NCBI GenBank assembly: GCA_001897535.1
Contig: MKTC01000028.1
Coordinates: 10,409 to 74,408 of the forward strand
Source: Bacteroidetes bacterium 37-13
GTDB lineage: Bacteria; Bacteroidota; Bacteroidia; Chitinophagales; LD1
Length of the DNA stretch: 64,000 nucleotides
Direction: 5' to 3'
Positions 28,993 to 39,676 of the stretch are shown in pieces. Position 1 is the stretch's first letter. The number at the start of each line of letters is the position of its first letter. The translations under genes and the position numbers were made by a program. The notes under the pieces are model-generated. The model was given only the letters and a program-made list of their open reading frames with translations. It was not told the origin of the DNA and did no database searches.

Positions 28993-30336
28993 CTAATAAA
29001 TCAGCAAACCCTGATTCTTGTGCTTTTTTAAATATTGGCGGATAATTTTTTGTGCTTCGCCACTGTGCTTGGCAGGGCGAATTACAGATTTAAGATTTTC
29101 GATGGTTGCTTCCATGTTTTCTTTATAGAAAGTTCCCATGCCTTTATATTCATTATTTTCAACCCACACAGCCGTGTTTTCATCAGGGTGAACACCTTCG
29201 CCAATTACAAAGAAATTAGTAGAGCGAAACAAATAGCGCTTCACTGCATTTTCAATTTTTTCATTGAGAAGATTTTTAAGCTTCTCCGTGCTTTCTTGCT
29301 TCTCTTTCAAGCGTTTAATCATGGCATAATGACCCAAAATATTATTGTCGTTCATTATTTTTTGCACCACGCGAAATGCTGCACCTTTTGTAGCAAAACG
29401 CAATGCTGACTTTGCTTCATTTTCAGCCAACGGCAGCACTTTTAGTTCTTTTACGCCATCAGTATTTTCACTAATAAAAATACCAAACGAAAGCACAGGT
29501 TCGCGTTTTACTTTCCCTGTATAAACAGTTTGCTTTAATTCGTTTTCAAGCGCTATTAGCTTGGCAACAAGTTCATTGCCGGTGAGTTCATAATCAATAT
29601 TAAAAACTTGATTGAGCAGTGCGTTTTTCTGTGGGCTTTCGGTTATTTTAGAAAATTCTTGAATTACTTTTTTGCGTACGCTTTTAGCACCTTCAAAGTA
29701 TAGAATTTGGTCTTGCGCATCTTTTAAATAAATAACTCCGGCTTCATCAGGAAGCATTTCTATATCATCAGAATTTATTTGTGGCGGCAGTTTGGTAATG
29801 TCTAAACCATCGCGCAATTCAATAGCTAAGAGTGTAGATTCTGTATCGGTGGCAAGCAACAATTCTAAGAGTTTCACAGTGGCTGAAGCATCGCCTAAAG
29901 CGCGGTGGCGCGATTCTATTTTTATACCTATTTTATCGCACAACTTTCCTAAGCTATACGATTGAAAACCCGTGAGTACTTTACGGCTGAAACTTACTGT
30001 ATCTAGTTGTTTTGCAACAAAATCTACTCCAATAAGCTTAAACTCTTTGCGCACCATGCCAAAATCGAATTTCACATTGTGTGCAGTAAAAATATTGCCC
30101 TGTGTAAGCCGTAAAATTTCGTGGTGAATATCTTGAAAGCGAGGTGCATTTTTCACCATGCTTTCGGTGATGCCGGTGAGTTTACTCACCCAAGGATCAA
30201 TTGGTCGTTCAGGATTCACCAAAGTAGAATATTCCTCTACCACTTTAGAACCATCAAAAAGCACTATGGCAATTTCGGTAATTCTATCAACGGCAGGGCT
30301 TCCTCCGGTGGTTTCAACATCTACAACAGCATACAT
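28993..30336 (-). CDS. DEDDh 3'-5' exonuclease (Pol III epsilon-like) fused to a degenerate GIY-YIG/UvrC-like domain
   Basis: VVDVETTG, AHNVKFD, LDTV, HRALGDA; then LPDEAGVIYL...ILYFEG and ELTGNELVA. Confidence 0.85.
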   Translation of the reverse strand: MYAVVDVETTGGSPAVDRITEIAIVLFDGSKVVEEYSTLVNPERPIDPWVSKLTGITESMVKNAPRFQDIHHEILRLTQGNIFTAHNVKFDFGMVRKEFKLIGVDFVAKQLDTVSFSRKVLTGFQSYSLGKLCDKIGIKIESRHRALGDASATVKLLELLLATDTESTLLAIELRDGLDITKLPPQINSDDIEMLPDEAGVIYLKDAQDQILYFEGAKSVRKKVIQEFSKITESPQKNALLNQVFNIDYELTGNELVAKLIALENELKQTVYTGKVKREPVLSFGIFISENTDGVKELKVLPLAENEAKSALRFATKGAAFRVVQKIMNDNNILGHYAMIKRLKEKQESTEKLKNLLNEKIENAVKRYLFRSTNFFVIGEGVHPDENTAVWVENNEYKGMGTFYKENMEATIENLKSVIRPAKHSGEAQKIIRQYLKKHKNQGLLIY

Positions 30337-30366
30337 GAAAAACGAAAATAATTTTCCTTTCTAATA

Positions 30367-31890
30367 TTAGTGTTTAAAATGCCTAACGCCTGTGAACACC
30401 ATTGCTATTCCGGCTTTTTCGGCTGCTTCTACCGAAAGTTTATCGTTGATGCTGCCTCCGGGTTGTGCAATGGCAACAATATTTTTTTCGGCTGAAATTT
30501 CAACACAATCCGGAAATGGGAAAAACGCATCGCTTGCCATCACTGCTCCACTCACATCAAAGCCAAATTCCTTTGCTTTGGTAAGTGCGTTTTTAAGTGC
30601 ATCAACGCGCGAAGTTTGTCCGCAGTTGCTGCCGATAAGTTGTTTGTTCTTAACTAATGCAATGCCGTTGCTTTTTAAATGTTTCACGGCAATAATGGCA
30701 AATTCCAAATCGCTAATTTGCGCTGTGGTTGGCGCTTTTGAAGTGGCATTTGTAAACTGCGCTTGCTTTTCGGCAGTATTATCTGCTTGTTGCATCAAAT
30801 AGCCATTCAAAAGATTTTTCACTACATATTCTTGCTTTGTTGCTGCGCCTTTTAGCTGCAATAAAATTCTATTCTTTTTGCTTTTCAAAAGTTGAAGCGC
30901 ATCATCGTCATAAGCAGGCGCTGCCAACACTTCAAAAAACAAACTGTTCATGGCAGTTGCAGTAGCCAAATCTACTTTTCTGTTCACGGCAATCACACCG
31001 CCAAAAGCAGAAGTGGTATCGCAAGCAAAAGCAGCTTCATAGGCTTGGCTTAAAGTATCGCGCGATGCCAAGCCGCAACTGTTGGTATGTTTAATGATAG
31101 CGCAAGTTGGCTCGGTAAATTCCGCAGCTAAATTGAGCGCGGCATCTACATCAACCAAATTGTTATACGAAAGTTCTTTGCCGTTTAAAATTTCAAACAC
31201 AGCATTCAAATCGCCAAAAAACCAACCTTTTTGATGTGGATTTTCGCCATAGCGTAAAGTACGTGCTTGTGTTTCGCTAATTTTTAGTGCTTCAATACTT
31301 TCTTTTTGGTTGAAATAATTAAAAATATGCGTATCGTAATTTGAAGAAATATTGAATGATTCGGCAGCGAATTTTCTGCGGTCTTCGATAGAGGTTTCTC
31401 CATTTTTTTCAACTAAAATATTGCGCAGTGTTTCATATTGGTTTTTAGAAGAAAGCACCACTGTATCTTTAAAATTCTTAGCTGCTGCGCGAATAAGTGA
31501 AATACCGCCAATGTCTATTTTTTCAATAATATCGGCTTCGCTTTTGCCTGCGGCAACAGTTTCTTCAAACGGATATAAATCCACAATTACCAAATCAATT
31601 TCAGGAATTTCATATTCTGCCAACTGCGCTAAATCTTCTGCATTTTCTCTGCGTGCCAAAATGCCGCCAAATACTTTTGGGTGAAGCGTTTTTACTCTTC
31701 CGCCCAAAATGCTCGGGTAATTTGTAAGCGTTTCAACCGGAATTACTTTCACGCCTAAAGATTCTATAAAAGATTGAGTGCCTCCGGTGCTGTAGAGCGT
31801 TACATTTTGTTTGTTGAGTTCTTTAATAAGTGGTTCCAGTTGGTCTTTGTAATAAACCGAAACGAGTGCAGATTTTATTTTCTTAAGCAT
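30367..31890 (-). CDS. purH: Bifunctional AICAR formyltransferase/IMP cyclohydrolase
   Basis: GGRVKTLHP, IDIGGISL, LRYGENPHQ, ASDAFFPF, FTGVRHFKH. Confidence 0.98.
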   Translation of the reverse strand: MLKKIKSALVSVYYKDQLEPLIKELNKQNVTLYSTGGTQSFIESLGVKVIPVETLTNYPSILGGRVKTLHPKVFGGILARRENAEDLAQLAEYEIPEIDLVIVDLYPFEETVAAGKSEADIIEKIDIGGISLIRAAAKNFKDTVVLSSKNQYETLRNILVEKNGETSIEDRRKFAAESFNISSNYDTHIFNYFNQKESIEALKISETQARTLRYGENPHQKGWFFGDLNAVFEILNGKELSYNNLVDVDAALNLAAEFTEPTCAIIKHTNSCGLASRDTLSQAYEAAFACDTTSAFGGVIAVNRKVDLATATAMNSLFFEVLAAPAYDDDALQLLKSKKNRILLQLKGAATKQEYVVKNLLNGYLMQQADNTAEKQAQFTNATSKAPTTAQISDLEFAIIAVKHLKSNGIALVKNKQLIGSNCGQTSRVDALKNALTKAKEFGFDVSGAVMASDAFFPFPDCVEISAEKNIVAIAQPGGSINDKLSVEAAEKAGIAMVFTGVRHFKH

Positions 31891-32102
31891 GATTGATTAA
31901 AATTTGAAGCCGCGAAGATAGTGCCTTTATGGGCTATATTTTTGCAGTGTAGATAAAATGTGCGGAGTGTGCAGAAATCTTGTTTCTTCCGGCAGAAAAA
32001 CCATATTTAAACCTTCATTTTGCAACCTCCTTCTTGAATTTCAGAATTAAGGTAATAGTTATTTCGCTCCTTTGGAGCTTAGCTAAAACTATTTCCTCGT
32101 AC

Positions 32103-32552
32103 TTAATCGCGCAGCCTATCCATACTTTTCACCAAAGCTTCATCTTTTTGTATGGCAAAGTGAGCCAATAACCAAAACACAACCGGTGGTATTGCTGCTA
32201 AATTCCAAAGTGTGTAGATAATATCAATTGGCGTGCTAGTAGTTTGAAAAAAGTATGCGATGTGTGCCACCGCAGCTAAATGAAACGCAATAGCAACCCA
32301 ACAAAGCAGCGATTGAATACTGCGCTTTTTAAAAAGGAAAATAGCAATGAGCGAAAAGCCTGCGGCAATACCATCTAAAATAGGCACAACAAATACAAAA
32401 TAGCCACTAATAAATCTGCTCACGTCCCACGCTGCCATGTTGCGCACATATTGTATATCCGGAGCTTCGTAGCGAATTACCGGAGCAAATTGAAATGCCG
32501 CAACCGCTAAAATTGCCAGCAGCAAATAAATGGTTTGAACTCTTTGTATCAT
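32103..32552 (-). CDS. DUF4293 family membrane protein
   Basis: MIQRVQTIYLLL N-terminus and IQKDEALVKSMDRLR C-terminus. Confidence 0.88.
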   Translation of the reverse strand: MIQRVQTIYLLLAILAVAAFQFAPVIRYEAPDIQYVRNMAAWDVSRFISGYFVFVVPILDGIAAGFSLIAIFLFKKRSIQSLLCWVAIAFHLAAVAHIAYFFQTTSTPIDIIYTLWNLAAIPPVVFWLLAHFAIQKDEALVKSMDRLRD

Positions 32553-32587
32553 ATTTTTTGCCTTAGCTTTTAAAGTTTCAATTCAAA

Positions 32588-35500
32588 TTACATTTGAACA
32601 AAACCCATTCGGAGTTGCTCAAATTCTTTCTCCAATTTTGAAGAATATTCAGCGTCTTCGTATTGCTTAGCGGTGCGCATCATTTCTTGGAAAATATAAA
32701 GCGGTTCGCGCACATTTCTATTTTCGGTAAACGAGCCTTGCTGCAAATTGTGCAAATACTGAGAATCGCCACTGTTGCGCGCTTGCTGCAACAAATAGCG
32801 GTAAACTGTTTGGTAATAGCGCAGAAAATCGCGGCTTTGTGCAAGCAATTCTTCCATCACTTTTTTACCTTTTTCTTTTGCTCCTGCCTTGTAATAAATA
32901 TCAGGATATTGGTAAGAGAAAACATTTAGAGGTACGCGTTCTGTCGGCATCATTTTAAGTGAATAATCTAACGCTTGAATTGCTTTTTCGTTCTCCCCTT
33001 TGGCTAATAATGCTTCTGCCAAACGACCAAAGTTGCCGCGAACATTCACCGTCATGCGCATGATGTTTTCATCTAAATAAATGTTTGGATTGCTTTCAAT
33101 TCCACCAAACTTAAATTTCTTCATCATGTTGTCGAACATCACATCGGTGCGCACCGGAGCGCTGTAAGAATTCCCCGTAGCGTTTTCGCGCGGCACAATT
33201 CTATACGATAAACCTTCTAACTGGAAGTATTTTTCAAAACCTAAATACGCTTCAGGTGCTACGCTCACCGCAAAGTAAATCGGGCGTTCCATGATGTTAT
33301 TCGCAACAATATCCAAAGTAAGCAAATCGTTTTTCAATAAATTGCCATTGGTAATGCTCCAACTCATTCTCGAAGTAATTGGTTCATCAGCAGCAACCAT
33401 ATTCATTGCACGCGCTTTGTTGGTATCAATATCTAAATAGAAATTTTTAGTAGGGAAATATGGGTCGAACTCGCCTCTTCCGGTAGAAACTTTATTGCGC
33501 GGATCATCACTTGCAATAAATTGCATTACACGCTTTATATCCAACGAAGCATTTTCAGGAATTTGTGGATTTGGCGCATAGCGAATAATATCGCGATTGC
33601 TGGCGGCAACTTGCTCGCTGGTGAAACTCATTTTTAGCGGCTGTGCATTATTCATTTTAAAGCGCAATTGGTCAATATACCAATCCACGCCCAACAAACT
33701 CAAATTCACAATTCTAATATCAGTGCGTATGCCTTCTACTTCTTGTGCATACCAAAGCGGATAAGTGTCGTTATCGCCTTGCGTGAAAATAATAGCATTT
33801 GGAGCGCAGCTTTCTAAATAGCAAACTGCAAAATCGCGTGCGGTTGTTCTTCCGCTGCGGTTGTGGTCGTCCCAGCCTTGGCTTCCCATTAAAATTGGCG
33901 CACTCGCACACACCAATAATGCTACTGCTGCTGCCGGTACTTCGCCCATTTTTTTCTTCAACAATTCAATAATTGCAAGCACACCATAACCAATCCAAAA
34001 GCAGAATGCTACAAACGAAGCTGCTTGAGCGTAATCGCGTTCGCGCGGCTCTATTGGCGGTTCGTTTTGATATACAATTTGGAATAATCCGCTTACTGCA
34101 AACAATGCCAACACTACCCAAAATGCCTTGTCATCTTTTAGGTAAGTGTAAACCAATCCAATAATTCCAAGTATAAAAGGAATCATAAAGAACTTGTTTT
34201 TAGCTTTGTTTTCTGCCAACACTTTCGGTAAGTTTTCTTGTGGCCATTGTGGTGCGCCCCAAATTTTTAAGTATTTATCTACAAATGGAATGCCGCTAAT
34301 CCAGCCGCCATCGTCATTAAATACTGTGCCTTGAATATCATTTTGCCTTCCTGTAAAGTTCCACATCAAATAGCGGAAATACATATAACCAACTTGGTAT
34401 TGGAAGAAAAATTTCATGTTGTCGCCAAAAGATAAATGGTCGCGCACTTCGTAGCGTCCGCCATTTTTTTCGCCTAATTGCTTAGCTAATTGTTCCGCTT
34501 GCTCTTGTTGCCCGGGTTCAAAAGTTCTTACAATATTTACACCTCCTGCGGTGCGTTCTACCACATCAAGTTCCGGGTGAAGTACTTGACGATAAGCACT
34601 TTTTTTACTTTCTTCTTGCCAAAAACCAAGGCGAGGAAAAGGCATCATTACATCATCTCGGAATTTGTAATCAATTTTATCGCCAACATATTTATAGCTG
34701 TGTGTTGCTTTATCTTTTTGGAAACGCTTACCCAACTTTTCCATATCCACAATATCGTAGCTATTCACATTGTAAGCCGGTCCGTATAAAAGCGGGCGGT
34801 CGCCATACTGCTCACGATCAACATAGCTTTTTAAGCTGAAAGGATCAATCGGGCGGTTCATGTTTATTGGCGGATTGGCAACACTGCGAATTGGCACCAT
34901 TGCATAGCTCATGTAGCCGATATACATAAATGCCAAACTCAAAATGGCAATATTCAAATCGCGCCAGCCGCGTTTGTGCGTGTACCAAATTCCTCCGGCT
35001 AATAACGAAACTAATAGGAATAAGAAAAACGCTTCACCGCTATTAAACGGCATACCAAATGAGTTCACAAATAACTTATCGAAACCGGCAAGAAATGCCT
35101 GCGTGTAAGAAATGACAAACTTCATGGCAACGCCAATCAATACAAAGCCAATGATACCTGCAAACAAAAATCCTTTAATGCTTGGTTTGTATCTTCTGTA
35201 ATAGTAAACAAGTGCCGCAAATGGCAATGCCAATAAGCTCAACAAGTGTACACCGATTGAAAGACCGGTCATGTACGCAATTAAAATAAGCCAGTGGTCG
35301 GCATAAATATTTCCTTCAGAAACCTGTTCGTCCCATTTTAAAATTGCCCAAACAATAAAGCTCCAAAAGAACTGCGAAAGTGCGTAAACCTCACCTTCCA
35401 CAGCGCTAAACCAAAGCGAATCTAAAAAGGTAGCACAAGCTGCTGCAATTAAACCACTGCCAACTACTGCAAGTACTTTTCCGTTTGAATATTCTTTACC

Positions 35501-35824
35501 TGCAAATACTAATTTTGATAAAAGCATGGTAACACTCCAATAGGTAAACATAATTGCCGCGCCTGTTGCCAAGCCGCTCATAAAATTCACCCAAGTTGCA
35601 ACCTGCGAAACATCATTTCCGGCAAAAAGTGTAAACATTCTGCCAAGCATTAAAAAAAATGGCGCTCCCGGTGGGTGAACCACTTGTAATTTAAAGCAGC
35701 CACTTACGAACTCTCCGCAATCCCAAAAGCTTCCGCTCTTTTCTGCCGTAAGGAAATATACCAACGATGCAAGCACTAGCACCACCCATCCGGCAATATT
35801 GTTTATCTTTTTGTATTGATTCAT
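32588..35824 (-). CDS. DUF2723 (GT117/TMEM260-like) membrane glycosyltransferase
   Basis: SFWDCGEF, HPPGAP, AVEGEVY, PRERDY, GDNDTYPLWYAQEVEGIRTD. Confidence 0.9.
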   Translation of the reverse strand: MNQYKKINNIAGWVVLVLASLVYFLTAEKSGSFWDCGEFVSGCFKLQVVHPPGAPFFLMLGRMFTLFAGNDVSQVATWVNFMSGLATGAAIMFTYWSVTMLLSKLVFAGKEYSNGKVLAVVGSGLIAAACATFLDSLWFSAVEGEVYALSQFFWSFIVWAILKWDEQVSEGNIYADHWLILIAYMTGLSIGVHLLSLLALPFAALVYYYRRYKPSIKGFLFAGIIGFVLIGVAMKFVISYTQAFLAGFDKLFVNSFGMPFNSGEAFFLFLLVSLLAGGIWYTHKRGWRDLNIAILSLAFMYIGYMSYAMVPIRSVANPPINMNRPIDPFSLKSYVDREQYGDRPLLYGPAYNVNSYDIVDMEKLGKRFQKDKATHSYKYVGDKIDYKFRDDVMMPFPRLGFWQEESKKSAYRQVLHPELDVVERTAGGVNIVRTFEPGQQEQAEQLAKQLGEKNGGRYEVRDHLSFGDNMKFFFQYQVGYMYFRYLMWNFTGRQNDIQGTVFNDDGGWISGIPFVDKYLKIWGAPQWPQENLPKVLAENKAKNKFFMIPFILGIIGLVYTYLKDDKAFWVVLALFAVSGLFQIVYQNEPPIEPRERDYAQAASFVAFCFWIGYGVLAIIELLKKKMGEVPAAAVALLVCASAPILMGSQGWDDHNRSGRTTARDFAVCYLESCAPNAIIFTQGDNDTYPLWYAQEVEGIRTDIRIVNLSLLGVDWYIDQLRFKMNNAQPLKMSFTSEQVAASNRDIIRYAPNPQIPENASLDIKRVMQFIASDDPRNKVSTGRGEFDPYFPTKNFYLDIDTNKARAMNMVAADEPITSRMSWSITNGNLLKNDLLTLDIVANNIMERPIYFAVSVAPEAYLGFEKYFQLEGLSYRIVPRENATGNSYSAPVRTDVMFDNMMKKFKFGGIESNPNIYLDENIMRMTVNVRGNFGRLAEALLAKGENEKAIQALDYSLKMMPTERVPLNVFSYQYPDIYYKAGAKEKGKKVMEELLAQSRDFLRYYQTVYRYLLQQARNSGDSQYLHNLQQGSFTENRNVREPLYIFQEMMRTAKQYEDAEYSSKLEKEFEQLRMGFVQM

Positions 35825-35954
35825 TTAGTATGAGTTTCTTTTTCAGGAAGCGCGAATGTAATAAAATAAGGAAATGCAATAATTTTCATACACTTTAATT
35901 ATGTTATATCCTATATAATATAAGTAAAATCTCTCCTACTCTCGCTTTCTAAAC

Positions 35955-35985
35955 AAAAAAGACCGCCTTTTGAGCAGTCTTTTTT
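35955..35985 (-). terminator. Intrinsic terminator after atpC
   Basis: Minus strand GACTGCT-CAAAA-GGCGGTC stem (two G-U pairs) followed by T6, with an A-tract on the other side. Confidence 0.75.
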
Positions 35986-36002
35986 AAAAATTTTAATCTG
36001 AA

Positions 36003-36251
36003 TTAGTTTTCAGTTACACCTTCAACCATCACGTTTACGCTATTGTTTAAACTTTCGGCAAAGCCGCCTGAAATTTTAAGCGAAACTGTTTGTGTTGGCG
36101 ATTTATATTTAATATTTCCGGCAGAAAGCGCAGCTATAAGCGGTGCGTGGTCTTTTAATATTTCAAAAGATCCATCTACTCCCGGTAGTTGCACCAAAGA
36201 AGCCTCTCCGCTGTAAATCACTTTTTCCGGTGTTATTATTTCTAACTTCAT
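36003..36251 (-). CDS. atpC: F1 ATP synthase epsilon subunit (short Bacteroidota form)
   Basis: LEIITPEK...QLPGVDGSFEILKDHAPLI; directly downstream of atpD. Confidence 0.95.
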   Translation of the reverse strand: MKLEIITPEKVIYSGEASLVQLPGVDGSFEILKDHAPLIAALSAGNIKYKSPTQTVSLKISGGFAESLNNSVNVMVEGVTEN

Positions 36252-36295
36252 TTTTCTTTGTTTATCAACTTTCTAAACTAAAATATTGCAGTTGC

Positions 36296-37891
<1,596 letters not shown>

Positions 37892-37962
37892 CTATTGTGC
37901 GATAAAAATATTAAAACTCGAATATTTGTTGAAAATTGAGGTTTTTGAGCCTGTTTTTATGA

Positions 37963-38685
37963 TTACGAATTAAAGAAAAGTCCTATTTCGTCTAAAATTT
38001 TAGGATTGGCTTCTAAAACATTACCAATAACCACCATATCTGCTCCGGCATTAAATGCCAAAGAAACAGCATTTACATTTGTGATTCCGCCACCTACTAT
38101 TAAAGGTAAATTTACAGTTTTTTTCACGGCAGTAATTACTTTGCTATTCACGGGCGTTTCTGCACCGCTTCCGGCTTCTAAATAAACAACTTTCATACCT
38201 AAAAAAGAAGCTGCAAGTGCTGTGGTAGCTGCAATTTCAGACTTTTGTGCCGGAATGGGAATAGTTTGAGTAATGTAAGAAGTGGCTGAAATTTTCCCAC
38301 CTTCAATTAAAATATAAGCCGTAGGAATTACTTCGATATTAGCTTGCTGAACCGCAGGCGCAGCAATTACTTGCTCGCCAATTAAGTAAGCAGGATTTCT
38401 ACCGCTTACCAAACTTAAAAACAAAATGCCATCTGCCTTTTCGCTTACTTGAAAAGAGTTGCCGGGGAAAATTATTACCGGAATAGTTGAGTTTTCTTTT
38501 AGAAATTCAACCGTAGTGTGAAATTGGTTTTTGTACAATAAACTACCGCCAACCAATAAATATGAAACTTTGTTTGCTACTGCTTTTTCAAGTAAATTTT
38601 TCAAAGAAAATTCATCGTAATTATCCGGATCAATCAGAACCGCAAGTTTCTTTTTTCCATCATTAAACGATTGAAGCAAACTCAT
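37963..38685 (-). CDS. Geranylgeranylglyceryl/heptaprenylglyceryl phosphate synthase (GGGPS/PcrB family)
   Basis: AVLIDPD, LVGGS, IFPG, SLVSGRNP, YLEAGSGA, VGGGI, VVIGN. Confidence 0.92.
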   Translation of the reverse strand: MSLLQSFNDGKKKLAVLIDPDNYDEFSLKNLLEKAVANKVSYLLVGGSLLYKNQFHTTVEFLKENSTIPVIIFPGNSFQVSEKADGILFLSLVSGRNPAYLIGEQVIAAPAVQQANIEVIPTAYILIEGGKISATSYITQTIPIPAQKSEIAATTALAASFLGMKVVYLEAGSGAETPVNSKVITAVKKTVNLPLIVGGGITNVNAVSLAFNAGADMVVIGNVLEANPKILDEIGLFFNS

Positions 38686-38691
38686 CTGTAA

Positions 38692-39222
38692 TTAGAAAAT
38701 TTCTCTTACCTCAGCCTTTAAAAAATCCAATGCGTGTTGCGTAGGAAGTGGCGCATTTGCACCTGCCACAGCCGTAAAAATAATGCGGCTCAATTCTTGT
38801 GCGCTGGCATCGGCATTCACTTGTGCGGCAATCAAGTTAATGGTTTTAATGGTTTCATCTTTAGATTGCACAATTAAATTCCAACAGTTATCGCTCACGT
38901 AAATTTGTTGTGATAAATTATGTTCAAATTCTGCTTTAATAGTTTTCACCATTGCGTATTGCAACTCGGGGCTTATCATATCTGCTTCTATGCAGCGCGA
39001 AACCAAACTGAATGGCGAAATGCGTTCCAAAAACATGGCTAATCTTTCGTAAGCCTGCAAGCGCAACACTTTTATTTCTCTGGAATCTTTAAGTTTTAGG
39101 TCTAAAAGTTTTGTTTCGAGTTCTTTCTTGGTTTGCTGCTTAAAAACCAAATAAGCGGTGAGTAATACCAATGCTGCAGGAACGGTGATAGCGAATATTG
39201 TGAGAACTATTGAGTAATCCAT
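38692..39222 (-). CDS. Conserved Bacteroidota single-TM hypothetical protein
   Basis: LRLQAYERL.MFLERI and EFEHNLSQQIYVS motifs. Confidence 0.75.
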   Translation of the reverse strand: MDYSIVLTIFAITVPAALVLLTAYLVFKQQTKKELETKLLDLKLKDSREIKVLRLQAYERLAMFLERISPFSLVSRCIEADMISPELQYAMVKTIKAEFEHNLSQQIYVSDNCWNLIVQSKDETIKTINLIAAQVNADASAQELSRIIFTAVAGANAPLPTQHALDFLKAEVREIF

Positions 39223-39275
39223 TTTACAAGAATAATGCTAAATATTTGGGTTGAAAAGTTTTACAATTTCGGTTG

Positions 39276-39668
39276 TTACAAATATTGTTGGATACTTTCG
39301 GCAATTTTTGTCATTTCTTCCGGAGAAAATTTTTGCTTAGGGTTTGAAAAGTTGATGTCGCCCATTTGGTTTAGCGGCACTAAATGAATATGAACGTGCG
39401 GCACTTCTAACCCGATAACTGCAACGCCTACACGTATGCAAGGAACAGCTTTTTTAATGGCAATAGCTACTTTTTTCGCAAACAAATTCAGCGCAGTTAT
39501 TGCATCATCATCTAAATCAAAATAGTAATCAACTTCTTGCTTTGGAATAACCAAAACATGACCTTTTACTAAAGGAAAAACATCTAAAAATGCGAGATGC
39601 TTTTCATCTTCGGCAATTTTGTAGCAGGGTATTTCACCTGCTACAATTTTTAAAAATATTGATGCCAT
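39276..39668 (-). CDS. HIT family nucleotide hydrolase
   Basis: IFLKIVAGEIP, GHVLVIPK, HVHIH. Confidence 0.93.
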   Translation of the reverse strand: MASIFLKIVAGEIPCYKIAEDEKHLAFLDVFPLVKGHVLVIPKQEVDYYFDLDDDAITALNLFAKKVAIAIKKAVPCIRVGVAVIGLEVPHVHIHLVPLNQMGDINFSNPKQKFSPEEMTKIAESIQQYL

Positions 39669-39676
39669 TTTACTTT

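Noticed and set aside
32050-32098. Imperfect hairpin between DUF4293 and purH as a purine/ZTP riboswitch
   Set aside because: No recognisable aptamer consensus, and it lies upstream of purH's own -7 box (31913-31920), so it is more likely a 3' structure of the upstream gene.
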